Positions 20,303-30,364 of a stretch of DNA of 64,000 nt are shown here, piece after piece. The first letter of the stretch is position 1; each line of letters opens with the position of its first letter. Under the pieces are notes generated by a model. It made no database searches. It was not told the origin of the DNA and was given only the letters and a program-made list of their open reading frames with translations. The translations under genes and the position numbers were made by a program. The stretch is from an uncultured bacterium (GTDB lineage Bacteria; Babelota; Babeliae; Babelales; RVW-14), in contig CAVXAT010000008.1 in NCBI GenBank assembly GCA_963759805.1, positions 32,001 to 96,000 on the forward strand. Reading direction: 5' to 3'.

Positions 20303-22015
20303 ATGTCTGTTTTTAAAAAATATGAAGTATTATATCCCTACATAATAATCCTATGCATAGGCATTTTGGCATTTATCATTCCATGTAAAACGTGGAACTT
20401 TGTAGGAGAATCCTATCCATCAATTTACGGCATTACTAATATCAAAAATTTGAACACTTTTATAACCGGTAACATCCTGGAAAACATGAATAGCAATACA
20501 GTAAACGTTTCAATTCAACCTAAAAATCTTACATTTTTCAATTCAATTTATCGTCCCGCGCTTTTGCTTACATATCTCATTGAATACAAACTATTTGGGA
20601 TAAATGCGTATCTTTATTATTTATTAATAATCTTGATTCATATTCTAAACTCTTTCTTACTTTTTTATTTGTTAACAAATTTGTTCAGTGGGATAGTCGC
20701 TCTATTTTGTACACTGTTTTTTACCATAAACCCCTCCCAATTCCTATCGATTGGAGAAGTATGTCGCCACCAAAACCAACTCTCACTGTTATTTTTTCTA
20801 CTTTCTATGCTCTTATTTAAAAAATTTTTAGAATCAAAAACAAATTTATTAGTTACTTTACCCGCAGGCATTTTGTATCTTTTATGTATATTGATGAGGG
20901 AAACATTTCTCGTCGCACCGTTTTTGGTAGTACTGGCAATCCCACTGGTTTATAAGCACAAGTTCACACTCAAAAAAATATTATTTATTCTTTCAATGTT
21001 GCTTACAGCGATATTGATATATTTTATAATGCGACGAATAGGCTATCCGCTTGCAATAAACTCTTCACACAACCCTTTTATTTTTGGGGGAGAAATGCTT
21101 TATAGCATACCCAAATATATTATTTCGTTTGCAAAAGAACTGTACCTAATTTTTGTATCAATATTTTTTTATCATAAATTTTATTTCTTCTGTGAAGTGC
21201 ATAATCTGGTTTTTTTATATAAAATTATTAAAGATTCCTTAATTGTAGGCCTCATAATTTTGTTTATTTTAAATACACAAAAAAAATTATTTTTATATTT
21301 TTCCATCTGCTTTATTGCAGCTTCATGGCCATTTTTTGTTATAAAGGCACTGTCCTCAATGAATATCTTCTGTTATTTTTATGAATCTTTACCATTTGCA
21401 GCTGCTGCTCTTGGGACGCTTTTATACTATAATTCATACACAAAATCAAAACTATTTAAAATAATTTTTTATACAGCTTCTACTCTTTTCGTTGTATCCA
21501 ATACAGCAGGAATGATGATTTATCAACACAGGTGTTCTACGGCAGGAGAGAAATTTAAGAATGGAATCAAAAATTTAAAACTCGATAACAATGAAATTTT
21601 ACAAGATAAGGTATTTTTAATCACAAATGTAAAAAACATTTTAGGAAGTAGATTCGGAACTGCACACGCCTTTCAATTAAATTTCATGGAAAACAAAAAA
21701 CCAAAAGCCGTTTTACTCAGCCTTGATATATATTCATTAAATAACGATCTTACTCAATATTTGGATGTAAATTTTGATAATGATGGCTCAAAAATCACGC
21801 TCAAAAGCAAAAACACAGATTTACTTTGGTTTGAGATAAATAACCTGCAAGAAGAGGATTTAAATAGTTGCGTAGAAAAATTTGAGGCAAACATAAAATC
21901 CGAACAAAAAATATATGATTTAACGATCGTTTTAAAAAATGATTTTATAACCCAAAAGCAGGCGCTAATTATTTGGGATGACAATTGCAATAAATTTCAC
22001 GTTAAATCCAGATGA
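20303..22015 (+). CDS. GT-C-like membrane protein, paralog 5
   Basis: AGGAG RBS; FNSIYRPAL, FGINAYLYY, RETF, FYESLPFAAAALG, IIWDDNCNKF. Confidence 0.65.
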   Translation: MSVFKKYEVLYPYIIILCIGILAFIIPCKTWNFVGESYPSIYGITNIKNLNTFITGNILENMNSNTVNVSIQPKNLTFFNSIYRPALLLTYLIEYKLFGINAYLYYLLIILIHILNSFLLFYLLTNLFSGIVALFCTLFFTINPSQFLSIGEVCRHQNQLSLLFFLLSMLLFKKFLESKTNLLVTLPAGILYLLCILMRETFLVAPFLVVLAIPLVYKHKFTLKKILFILSMLLTAILIYFIMRRIGYPLAINSSHNPFIFGGEMLYSIPKYIISFAKELYLIFVSIFFYHKFYFFCEVHNLVFLYKIIKDSLIVGLIILFILNTQKKLFLYFSICFIAASWPFFVIKALSSMNIFCYFYESLPFAAAALGTLLYYNSYTKSKLFKIIFYTASTLFVVSNTAGMMIYQHRCSTAGEKFKNGIKNLKLDNNEILQDKVFLITNVKNILGSRFGTAHAFQLNFMENKKPKAVLLSLDIYSLNNDLTQYLDVNFDNDGSKITLKSKNTDLLWFEINNLQEEDLNSCVEKFEANIKSEQKIYDLTIVLKNDFITQKQALIIWDDNCNKFHVKSR

Positions 22016-22042
22016 AACAGTCCCAAAGCTACAAAGAGTGTA

Positions 22043-22705
22043 TTAACGTCGAATGCGAACCGTGCGCAACACCCTTATAAATTCAAGATTCAAAACCCAA
22101 TTTAAAGAATAATACAAAACAACCATGCCGCAAGCCATAACCAGGCGTTCAATAGCAACAACAGGAATTAATGCCAACCACTGTGTGCTTGTCATTGGCA
22201 CGGTATAAATCCAAATTATACTTCCAACGGCATGGGCCAAAAAGGTTGCTGACAAAGCCCGATAAAAAGTGTTTCTGTAGTTAAAAACATAAAGAGTAAT
22301 GGGAATAAGCCAGTAAAATGAGTATAAAAACGCTTCGCCTCCAACCGGATGAGTTATAAACAAAATCATGCATGATAGGGGTAAAATTACATGCAGTAAG
22401 AAATCTATTTTTTTAGATTTGGCAGCCCAACTACAAGTTGCAACAAGCGTTGGGAGCCCCATTGTTAAAATTCCAAATCCAACAGATAATTTAAGAATAA
22501 ATAAAGAACAAATTAATAACATAGAAACGGGCAAACTGAAAAATGCACCGATAACTGGCAAAATAAAATTAATTCCTGAGAAAAAGAATTTGTGGGATCC
22601 AAGCATGAAACTTAGTTTAAATAGAGATAAAAGACTTATGCAAAGTCCAAACATGCTTAAAAGCAAACATTTCTTAATAAAATCGTTCATGGCAACCCCT
22701 ATCAA
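22043..22705 (-). CDS. Small polytopic membrane protein, possibly ECF S-component-like
   Basis: About 6 hydrophobic segments; ATFLAHAVGS..W..LIPVVAIER; no firm family assignment. Confidence 0.45.
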   Translation of the reverse strand: MIGVAMNDFIKKCLLLSMFGLCISLLSLFKLSFMLGSHKFFFSGINFILPVIGAFFSLPVSMLLICSLFILKLSVGFGILTMGLPTLVATCSWAAKSKKIDFLLHVILPLSCMILFITHPVGGEAFLYSFYWLIPITLYVFNYRNTFYRALSATFLAHAVGSIIWIYTVPMTSTQWLALIPVVAIERLVMACGMVVLYYSLNWVLNLEFIRVLRTVRIRR

Positions 22706-22753
22706 AGAATAGCGACCTAAATAAAACTAACATAAAAATATATACATAAAATT

Positions 22754-23129
22754 TAACGCCAGTTCGATAACTATTCGACAACTAATTATTTCTTAGATTT
22801 CTGTCCTGAATACTCTTTGGAGCGAAATTTTTCCGCCGTCAACCATGGCCAAAGACTGTGTCATGCTGAATTTATTTCAGCCCCGTCCGCCATAGCCACG
22901 AGTGCAACGAGGGCGACGGCTGGAATCCATGGATAAATTAAGTTCATAATATTTTTTATATGAATTTTACTAATCCATGGATCCTGAAACGAGTTCAGGA
23001 TGACAAACTAGACTGATGAAAGCAATCTAACGCTTCAAACAGTTGCAAAATAAATTCAGGATGACAAAGTATTCCAAAGCTCATACAATGCACATGTAAG
23101 CCAATTTCAAAGTCATCGAGTTTGCGTTA
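22754..23129. mobile_element. MITE-like element, copy 1 (19-bp imperfect TIRs; REP cargo)
   Basis: Left TAACGCCAGTTCGATAACT (22754-22772), right AGTCATCGAGTTTGCGTTA (23111-23129); internal REP doublet from 22859 plus a further REP half. Confidence 0.75.
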
Positions 23130-23185
23130 ATTTTATGTATCATATCAAGATTAATCTGAACAATCTACCCAGATTGTAGAATTTT

Positions 23186-24736
23186 CTAGCTATCAGTTTT
23201 GTCGAGTAGATTCTTTTGCACAACAGCCTCCAGCATTTTGATTTCCTCATCTGTAAGCATCTTGAAATGAGTTGCCCTTTTACCTTGCGAAAGCGTGCCA
23301 TTGTTTTGTGTCGTAACTCTTATGAATAAATCAAGCTGTTGGTCAGGCATGTCAACGATTTGGCTGAGCTCTTTCTTTGTTTTGTCATAATTTGTTAAAT
23401 ACAAAAGTTCTTTCTTAAAATCAGTGTGAATTGTTTTCTCAATACATGATGCCAGATACTCTGCCTGAGCCGTGTAATCTATATACTTATAAAATTGTGC
23501 AGTTTTCTGTTTAACCGTTAAAACCCCATCATCATTTACTTCGTAATCTGAAATCAAAGACATAAGTGGTTTTGAAAAGCGTTCGAGAGTCTCATTGTAG
23601 CGCTGCATGTCGGCAAGTATGGTATCTGAGATCGGAAATATTGTACCGGCAGGAACAAATCCGGTTCTGTGTAAAATATAGTGAATTAAAAAACGATGCA
23701 AACGACCGTTGCCATCATCAAATGGATGTATAAAAACAAATCCGAATGAAATTGCTGAAGCAATAACAATTGGATGAACACCACTCTCAAGCATGCGCTC
23801 AAGCTCTGCTAGTAGCCCCGTCATTAAGGCATTAACATCTTCAGGCTTGGGTGAAATATAGTAAATGAGTTGATCGTACCAGTCCAGTTTTTGACCAACA
23901 TAATTTTGGGTTGTTCTATAAGAATTATTTACAAACCTATCTTCAACCAAACTGTTTTGAAGTTTTATAAGAATTTCATTTGTTAAATTTGGAACTTCCT
24001 CAACTTTTTTTATAAGTTGGATAAATCTTGCTAACCGTTGCTTGCTTGGAACCTCACGTTCAATCTGATAAGATGACATTGTTTCTTTGGCGTACAAGTA
24101 ATTGCTTGCTCGATTGATTATTTGTTGATCGTACGATTTAACTATATCCCTGGCCACAATATCAAGCTTTTTATGCTCAATGGACTTCAATAAATCAGTC
24201 TTTCTCACAAATGAGCAAAAGTAAATTGAGCCAAAAAGATTATGATTAATTCGATAACGTCGATGCTGAATGGATTTTGCGGCGTAGTACTCTTCTTCAT
24301 CCAGCAAATCAACGTAAGAACCCTGCTCCAAATCCGGAACTTCAAGATCTATTCCGGTTAATTTTTCATAAAGATACCAAACCATGCGTTGATATTTACC
24401 CGTTCGTTGCTCTTCTATAAACTTTTGTACGATTTTATTTGGGACATGGTCACTTGTAATGCAGTTAAAAAAAGCCGAAATTATTTCAAGATTTAAGCCC
24501 TCATGCTTAAGCGCAAATACAAGATTTTGCATTGAATCATCCGGATTATCAAGAACATACCCTTGGTCATAGAGGTAAATTTCCGGCATAGAAAGATTAG
24601 TTGGGTCTTTCAGAACCTTTCTGGCCCCAGATTCAATAATATAAGACCAACGAAAATGCGGTATTACATTAAGTTTATAATTATTGACCAGCCACAAATA
24701 TCCAACCGGCTTTGCCTTTGGCGGAATGATCTCCAT
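23186..24736 (-). CDS. Fic-domain protein
   Basis: Canonical Fic motif HPFDDGNGRLHR; long N-terminal extension. Confidence 0.9.
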   Translation of the reverse strand: MEIIPPKAKPVGYLWLVNNYKLNVIPHFRWSYIIESGARKVLKDPTNLSMPEIYLYDQGYVLDNPDDSMQNLVFALKHEGLNLEIISAFFNCITSDHVPNKIVQKFIEEQRTGKYQRMVWYLYEKLTGIDLEVPDLEQGSYVDLLDEEEYYAAKSIQHRRYRINHNLFGSIYFCSFVRKTDLLKSIEHKKLDIVARDIVKSYDQQIINRASNYLYAKETMSSYQIEREVPSKQRLARFIQLIKKVEEVPNLTNEILIKLQNSLVEDRFVNNSYRTTQNYVGQKLDWYDQLIYYISPKPEDVNALMTGLLAELERMLESGVHPIVIASAISFGFVFIHPFDDGNGRLHRFLIHYILHRTGFVPAGTIFPISDTILADMQRYNETLERFSKPLMSLISDYEVNDDGVLTVKQKTAQFYKYIDYTAQAEYLASCIEKTIHTDFKKELLYLTNYDKTKKELSQIVDMPDQQLDLFIRVTTQNNGTLSQGKRATHFKMLTDEEIKMLEAVVQKNLLDKTDS

Positions 24737-25050
24737 AGTTACTACTCCTATTTTCTACGAAAAGCTAATTTTCCACACCATTTTTATTATAATAACACAA
24801 TTTTACACGAAAACTATATAACTTGATATTTAATACACGAATTTAATATTACTGAAACTGCGCGCCCTGTAAAATTTCAATGCTCTATTTTTGGTCAAAA
24901 ACCCAAGTGAAGCAAAATTCTTATAATATAAACTCTTGTTTGAGTAAGTTTCATGCGATTTTAACTAATTTAAACCATCTCTGGATCATTGCTTAGAAAT
25001 AGCTTATGCTATTCATGTAGTCGAGTACATAAATAGCATAAGGAGAATCC

Positions 25051-26244
25051 ATGTTTTTAGAAAGATCCATTACCGATATGCTTCTTCGTTTCGCAAAATT
25101 TCCGGTTGTTGGCCTCTTTGGCCCGCGACAGTCAGGAAAAACAACTCTGGTTAAAGCAGTTTTTAAAAATCACCGTTACCTCAACTTTGAAGATCCTGAA
25201 ACACGAGAACTTGCCACAACCGACCCAAAGCGTTTTTTACAGGAGAATGAAAACAAGCATGGCGTTATTTTGGATGAGTTTCAGTATGTTCCCCAAATTC
25301 TTTCGTACGTACAAATAGAGTCTGATGAAAAAAAACGGCCGGGGTATTTTGTTTTGACGGGTTCTCAAAATTTTTTGATGAATCAAGCTGTTACGCAATC
25401 ATTAGCAGGCAGAATTGGAATTCTTACACTTCTTCCATTATCAATCAAAGAACTCAAACAAAATAATCTATTATCCCAATCCGTTAATGAACTAATTCTA
25501 AAGGGTGGTTATCCCAAAATCTATACTGAAAAATTTGACCCAGGCGAGCTTTATCCTTCCTATATTCATTCCTATGTCGAACGTGATATTCGTCAACTGG
25601 TTAACGTTGAAAACTTAAGAACATTTCAACGGTTCATGCAACTATGCGCAGGAAGAATTGGTCAACTTCTGAATATTTCTGATATAGCAATGAACTGTGG
25701 AATTAATAGCAGAACAGCAGAAAAATGGCTTTCTATTTTACAAGCAAGTTATATAATTTTTTTATTAAGTCCTTATCACGAAAATTTCAATAAACGTGTA
25801 ACTAAAACACCAAAACTTTATTTTTATGATACCGGTCTTGCCTGCTCTTTGTTAGATCTTAAATCACCTGAAACCATATCGCTAAGTCCTTTTCGCGGTC
25901 ACCTTTTTGAGTCATTTATAATTGCAGATTTATTTAAACAGTACTTCAGCCTTGGAACCAATGCTCCATTGTATTTTTGGCGTGATAAAAATGGCTACAT
26001 TGAGATAGATTGTCTTATTAACATGGGCAATAAACTCGTACCAATTGAGGTCAAATCGGGCCAAACGATTATGACTGATTTTTTTGATGGACTTTCGAAA
26101 TGGAATGTAATAGCAGAATCTTCACCAGACAATGGATATGTCATTTATGGTGGTGATGCTGTACAAAAACGTAGTGCAGGAAACATTATTGGTTGGCAGA
26201 CATCAGGCGATTTAATTAATACCATAGAAAATAAAAGCCGTTAA
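25051..26244 (+). CDS. AAA+ ATPase with C-terminal DUF4143 / PD-(D/E)XK-like region
   Basis: GPRQSGKTT, ILDEFQ, LTGS, KLYFYDTGL, EID..PIEVKS. Confidence 0.88.
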   Translation: MFLERSITDMLLRFAKFPVVGLFGPRQSGKTTLVKAVFKNHRYLNFEDPETRELATTDPKRFLQENENKHGVILDEFQYVPQILSYVQIESDEKKRPGYFVLTGSQNFLMNQAVTQSLAGRIGILTLLPLSIKELKQNNLLSQSVNELILKGGYPKIYTEKFDPGELYPSYIHSYVERDIRQLVNVENLRTFQRFMQLCAGRIGQLLNISDIAMNCGINSRTAEKWLSILQASYIIFLLSPYHENFNKRVTKTPKLYFYDTGLACSLLDLKSPETISLSPFRGHLFESFIIADLFKQYFSLGTNAPLYFWRDKNGYIEIDCLINMGNKLVPIEVKSGQTIMTDFFDGLSKWNVIAESSPDNGYVIYGGDAVQKRSAGNIIGWQTSGDLINTIENKSR

Positions 26245-26258
26245 TTTTTGTGCTAATC

Positions 26259-26656
26259 TAACGCCAGTTCGAGAATTAGTTACGGCTTTATTTTTGCTCT
26301 AAATGTTCTTTGTTAAGCATTTTTGCCGTGCACGCCGTAGCATTTCAAATGCGAAGGCTGTGTCATGCTGCCGTGCCCGCCGAAGCGGCGAGCTATCCTT
26401 CGCCCAGGTGGCTACGGAGGCCGGCGCGAAGGCTGGGAACTCGTTTCAGCATCCATGGATAAATTTATTCCAAATTTCTGCAATTGGGCAATAGGAGCAA
26501 CTAATCCATGGATTCCAGCCGTCGCCAAGGCTATGGCGGACAGGCCTGAAATAAATTCAGGATGACACCGTTCTCACTCGAGGCTTCTGTGGGAACAGCA
26601 AAAAACATCTTTCAGTAGCTGTTTCCAGTGAGTATCGAGTTATCGAGTTCGCGTTA
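26259..26656. mobile_element. MITE-like element, copy 2
   Basis: Left TAACGCCAGTTCGAGAATT, right AGTTATCGAGTTCGCGTTA (26638-26656); REP doublet 26361-26567 interrupted by GC hairpin units. Confidence 0.75.
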
Positions 26657-27781
26657 TCTAGAATCATGCCTAAAAACTTTTTGCATGGCTGATTCCTTTG
26701 GATGAAATTCATCAAAAAAATCACTGTCTTCTAAATGATTTATTGATGGATCAAAATCCCCAACAACTTTTATCCCGTTTTTTTGTGCAATATTTATAAA
26801 ATAATCTCGCACAGAGCAAACCAATTTATATTTCTCAGAAGCTTTTAATAACTCGTATGCTTTTGGATGATATGGCGTCAGAAAGAAAGTTACCGATACT
26901 TTATCATGCAACAATAGTTTGATAAAAAGCTCAAACAGCATAGCTGTTCCCGCGTCAATCCTGTTAAAATTACCCAAATGAGCAAAGCCCTTTTCTTTGA
27001 TACCCGCAAGAACCTGGTGATTGACTTCCTCAACACTTCTCGACCTTCGAACTAATCCATAATTTATACTTCCGTCAGCAAGCATTACTTCAGAGACGGC
27101 AAAATTTTCTTTTGTTGGATAAAAAACACCAATGCCTTTAAATCCACACTCATGTAATAAAACGTTTACAACATACATCAATGAATTTCGAAATAAATCT
27201 ATTGAGACTAAGCGTTGTGCAAATTCCAATGATTTTTCAGCAATCTGCTTATGACTATCAGGACCGTCAGAGAAGCTAAATATAGAGAAAACACTAGAGT
27301 CAATTGTAGATAGAAAATCTGAGTCAACTTCCATAAACTTATCTTTAATTACATCCATCAAGTCGCTTTGAGATTTACCTTTTAAAAGCCATACATCAAG
27401 GCCTAAGATTACATGCGACGGAACAAGTCCTTTTTCTCGCCATAAAAAATAAAAATAAATAAAATTTTCGAGTCGACCATCTGTAACGCTTGTGTTAAAA
27501 AAAGTTTTGCTAGGGAACAACTTGCTGTTAATTCCCAATGAACGGCTTGAGCCAAACACAAGGGTGTCTTTTTCTTGTGCAGCACTCTTTGCATAAAACT
27601 CTTTTATACAACAGTCGCCGCATGTGTACGCATTGGCAATGTTGTACCCTTGCAGGAGGTAATGCGCAGCTTCGCGTGCATTGTTTTGTAAAAGATTTGT
27701 TTTTTCTACAATGTAATTAACTGCTACTATAAATATGGGGATTGGCAGCAGGTACATCATTTTTTTTAAAAAAATATTCAT
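26654..27781 (-). CDS. SGNH-like periplasmic acyltransferase partner (AlgJ/DltD-like role)
   Basis: N-terminal TM anchor, FGSSRS and C-terminal DEFH (DxxH); directly downstream of the MBOAT gene. Confidence 0.6.
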   Translation of the reverse strand: MNIFLKKMMYLLPIPIFIVAVNYIVEKTNLLQNNAREAAHYLLQGYNIANAYTCGDCCIKEFYAKSAAQEKDTLVFGSSRSLGINSKLFPSKTFFNTSVTDGRLENFIYFYFLWREKGLVPSHVILGLDVWLLKGKSQSDLMDVIKDKFMEVDSDFLSTIDSSVFSIFSFSDGPDSHKQIAEKSLEFAQRLVSIDLFRNSLMYVVNVLLHECGFKGIGVFYPTKENFAVSEVMLADGSINYGLVRRSRSVEEVNHQVLAGIKEKGFAHLGNFNRIDAGTAMLFELFIKLLLHDKVSVTFFLTPYHPKAYELLKASEKYKLVCSVRDYFINIAQKNGIKVVGDFDPSINHLEDSDFFDEFHPKESAMQKVFRHDSR

Positions 27782-27792
27782 GCGTATATCCC

Positions 27793-29250
27793 CTAAAATT
27801 GAAAGTAAATAAACCTTGAAGCCCCAAGCATGCCAAATAAAATAATGCTCCAAATAAGCAGATAATATAAAGCCCAGCGAACATAGGTTGGTTGGGCATT
27901 AACTCGCGCTATTAAATCATTACGATTAGCCCACAGTTGAATAGTTTCAAGTATTATTATCGAAGCTATCGCAATCAAAAAATCTACTTTTGATCGTCCA
28001 CAAAAAATTGACTCTATCCCACCGCCTCGAGAGGCACCCCATGGGCCATAAAATATTTTTTTTATAATAAGAAAAGCACCGGAAATACTTTCTGCTCTGA
28101 AAAAAATCCATGCAAAACAGATAAGCCCAAAAGTTATAGTAACTTGCAATGATTTATGTAGAGCAGGAAATTTATCAATCTTAATATATTGAACAAATGC
28201 TTTTCGCCATGATTTAGTGGCAGCACCAATGATAAGATAAACACCATTGAGAGCACCCCAAATAACATAGGTCCAATTTGCACCATGCCAAAGTCCGCTA
28301 AGTAAAAATGTTATAAAAAGATTTCTGTAAACTTTGCTGACAGACACACGGTTACCACCAAGCGGTATATACACATAATCACGAAACCAGTTAGAAAGTG
28401 AAATATGCCAACGTCGCCAAAATTCTGAAATTGATTTTGAGGCATAGGGCCGGTCAAAATTCAGCATCAACTTAAATCCCATAACTTGAGCGGCTCCAAG
28501 AGCAATGTCAGTATATCCTGAAAAATCACAGTAAATTTGATATGCAAAAAATATCGTTGCAACCGTAAGAGATGTCCCATCACGTGATGCCGTTTGTGTA
28601 TAAATTTGATTTACAAATAAAGCCAACCTGTCTGCAATAACCAGCTTTTTAAAAAATCCCCATGTCATTAATTTTAAACCGTCAGTTACCCGTTGATAAT
28701 CAAAATTATGTTTTTCATAAAACTGATGTAATAAATTTTGAGGGCGCTCGATTGGGCCTGCCACGAGTTGCGGATAAAACATCACATAAAGAGAGTATAT
28801 TCCAAAATGTCGCTCTGCTTTTTGCCGCCCGAAATAAACCTCTATCGTGTAACTCATGGCTTGAAAAGTATGGAATGATAAGCCAATTGGCAAGATTATA
28901 TCCAACTCAGGAATGGGGTTGGTAAATCCAAACCAATACGCCAAACCAGAAACACTACTGTTAAAAAAATTAAAATATTTAAAAAAACATAAAATCGATA
29001 AATTTGAAATTAGGCTTAGAAGCAAAAAAAGTTTTCTTCGATTATCCGAGGCACCTTCAATAAGAATTCCCGCTATATAATCAATAATTATCGTAAAAAA
29101 TAGAATCAAAATATAAACGGGAATAAAAGACATGTAGAAAATGCAGCTTGCTATCAGTAGCATAAGCCAGCGCCACCTGTGCGGCAAGATAAAGTACAAA
29201 CTTGTTACGATTGGAAAGAAAATTGCAAATTCAAGCGAATTAAAAAGCAT
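27793..29250 (-). CDS. MBOAT O-acyltransferase (AlgI/DltB family)
   Basis: MLFNSLEF, LPIGLSFHTFQ, QLVAGPIER, DFSGYTD, EFWRRWHISLS, SGLWHGANW, FIYFQF. Confidence 0.92.
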   Translation of the reverse strand: MLFNSLEFAIFFPIVTSLYFILPHRWRWLMLLIASCIFYMSFIPVYILILFFTIIIDYIAGILIEGASDNRRKLFLLLSLISNLSILCFFKYFNFFNSSVSGLAYWFGFTNPIPELDIILPIGLSFHTFQAMSYTIEVYFGRQKAERHFGIYSLYVMFYPQLVAGPIERPQNLLHQFYEKHNFDYQRVTDGLKLMTWGFFKKLVIADRLALFVNQIYTQTASRDGTSLTVATIFFAYQIYCDFSGYTDIALGAAQVMGFKLMLNFDRPYASKSISEFWRRWHISLSNWFRDYVYIPLGGNRVSVSKVYRNLFITFLLSGLWHGANWTYVIWGALNGVYLIIGAATKSWRKAFVQYIKIDKFPALHKSLQVTITFGLICFAWIFFRAESISGAFLIIKKIFYGPWGASRGGGIESIFCGRSKVDFLIAIASIIILETIQLWANRNDLIARVNAQPTYVRWALYYLLIWSIILFGMLGASRFIYFQF

Positions 29251-29290
29251 GGCGGCTGCTTAATTTAAAATAGTTAAAATGTTAGGGAAA

Positions 29291-30364
29291 TCAGGGTTGT
29301 CCCGTTATGCTCTCATTCCATATATTATTCTTAATATTATTTTTCGATTTTGAAAATGACCGGTCTTTATCGGGAAATAGATCCTGTACCATTTGCTGCA
29401 TCTGTTCAATGGACAGCCATTCTTTGTTGTTGCCACTATGATACTCAAAATCATCTATAACAGGAGTCCCACAAACTTTGTGTTTGGATACGCTACCTAA
29501 GCCAAATGACGGCTTAACAACATAATGCGTCTCAAATTCTTCTGTGTTTCGTGCATCTTCGCGCGTAATCATAACTTCATGAATTTTTTCACCGGGACGA
29601 ATCCCTACCTCTACCATTTTCATATCCGGCGCCATGGCTTGCGCCAAGTCAATCATGCGCATCGACGGAATTTTTTTAACAAAAAGCTCACCACCTTGCA
29701 TAATATCAAGAGCCATTAAAACCATATCCACCGCCTGTTCAAGCCTTAGCCAAAAACGAGTCATCCTGAAATCTGTAATTGGAAGCTCTTTTGCCCCCTT
29801 ATCTATTAAATCTTTAAAATATGGAATTACAGAACCACGGCTACCTGCCACATTTCCATATCTGACAACGCTGAAACGCGTATCATGAGAGCCAACGTAA
29901 ACATTACCGGATATAAAAAGCTTGTCCGAACAAAGTTTTGTCGCTCCATACAAATTTACAGGGGCACATGCTTTGTCTGTGCTTAAGGCAACAACCCTTT
30001 TAACATTACGATCAATAGCAGCATCAATAACATTTTGAGCCCCAATAATATTAGTTTTTACAGCTTCAAATGGATTGTATTCACATGATGGAACTTGTTT
30101 TAATGCCGCAGCATGAATTACAACATCAACGCCATCAAACGCGCGAATGAGCCGATCTTTGTCACGAACATCACCAACAAAAAACCGCAATCGTGAATTA
30201 TCTTTAAACTCTGGCATGTTTGACATTTCAAACTGCTTGAACTCATCGCGAGAAAGAACAGCAATTCTTTGCACCTCAGGATGTTTTTGTAAAATTGTTT
30301 TTATAAAAGCTTTACCGAATGATCCGGTCCCGCCTGTGACAAGAATCGATTTGTATTTTAACAT
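29291..30364 (-). CDS. pseB: UDP-N-acetylglucosamine 4,6-dehydratase (inverting)
   Basis: TGGTGSFG, HAAALKQVP, LSTDKA..PVNLYGATKL, RYGNVAGSRGSV, GIRPGEKIHE. Confidence 0.92.
   Translation of the reverse strand: MLKYKSILVTGGTGSFGKAFIKTILQKHPEVQRIAVLSRDEFKQFEMSNMPEFKDNSRLRFFVGDVRDKDRLIRAFDGVDVVIHAAALKQVPSCEYNPFEAVKTNIIGAQNVIDAAIDRNVKRVVALSTDKACAPVNLYGATKLCSDKLFISGNVYVGSHDTRFSVVRYGNVAGSRGSVIPYFKDLIDKGAKELPITDFRMTRFWLRLEQAVDMVLMALDIMQGGELFVKKIPSMRMIDLAQAMAPDMKMVEVGIRPGEKIHEVMITREDARNTEEFETHYVVKPSFGLGSVSKHKVCGTPVIDDFEYHSGNNKEWLSIEQMQQMVQDLFPDKDRSFSKSKNNIKNNIWNESITGQP

Noticed and set aside
9349..22015. GT-C paralogs 4 and 5 as direct repeats excising the pse block
   Set aside because: Clearly homologous but visibly diverged at DNA level, with only short identical stretches; no evidence of excision.
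22706..22753. Riboswitch upstream of the possible ECF S-component gene
   Set aside because: Only ~50 AT-rich nt precede the MITE; no recognisable aptamer motif.
26303..26565. Short ORFs 26303-26494 and 26365-26565 (also 37490-37789, 37503-37736, 47452-47661, 59638-59877, 30861-31076)
   Set aside because: They are translations of GC-rich palindromic repeats with no independent coding evidence.
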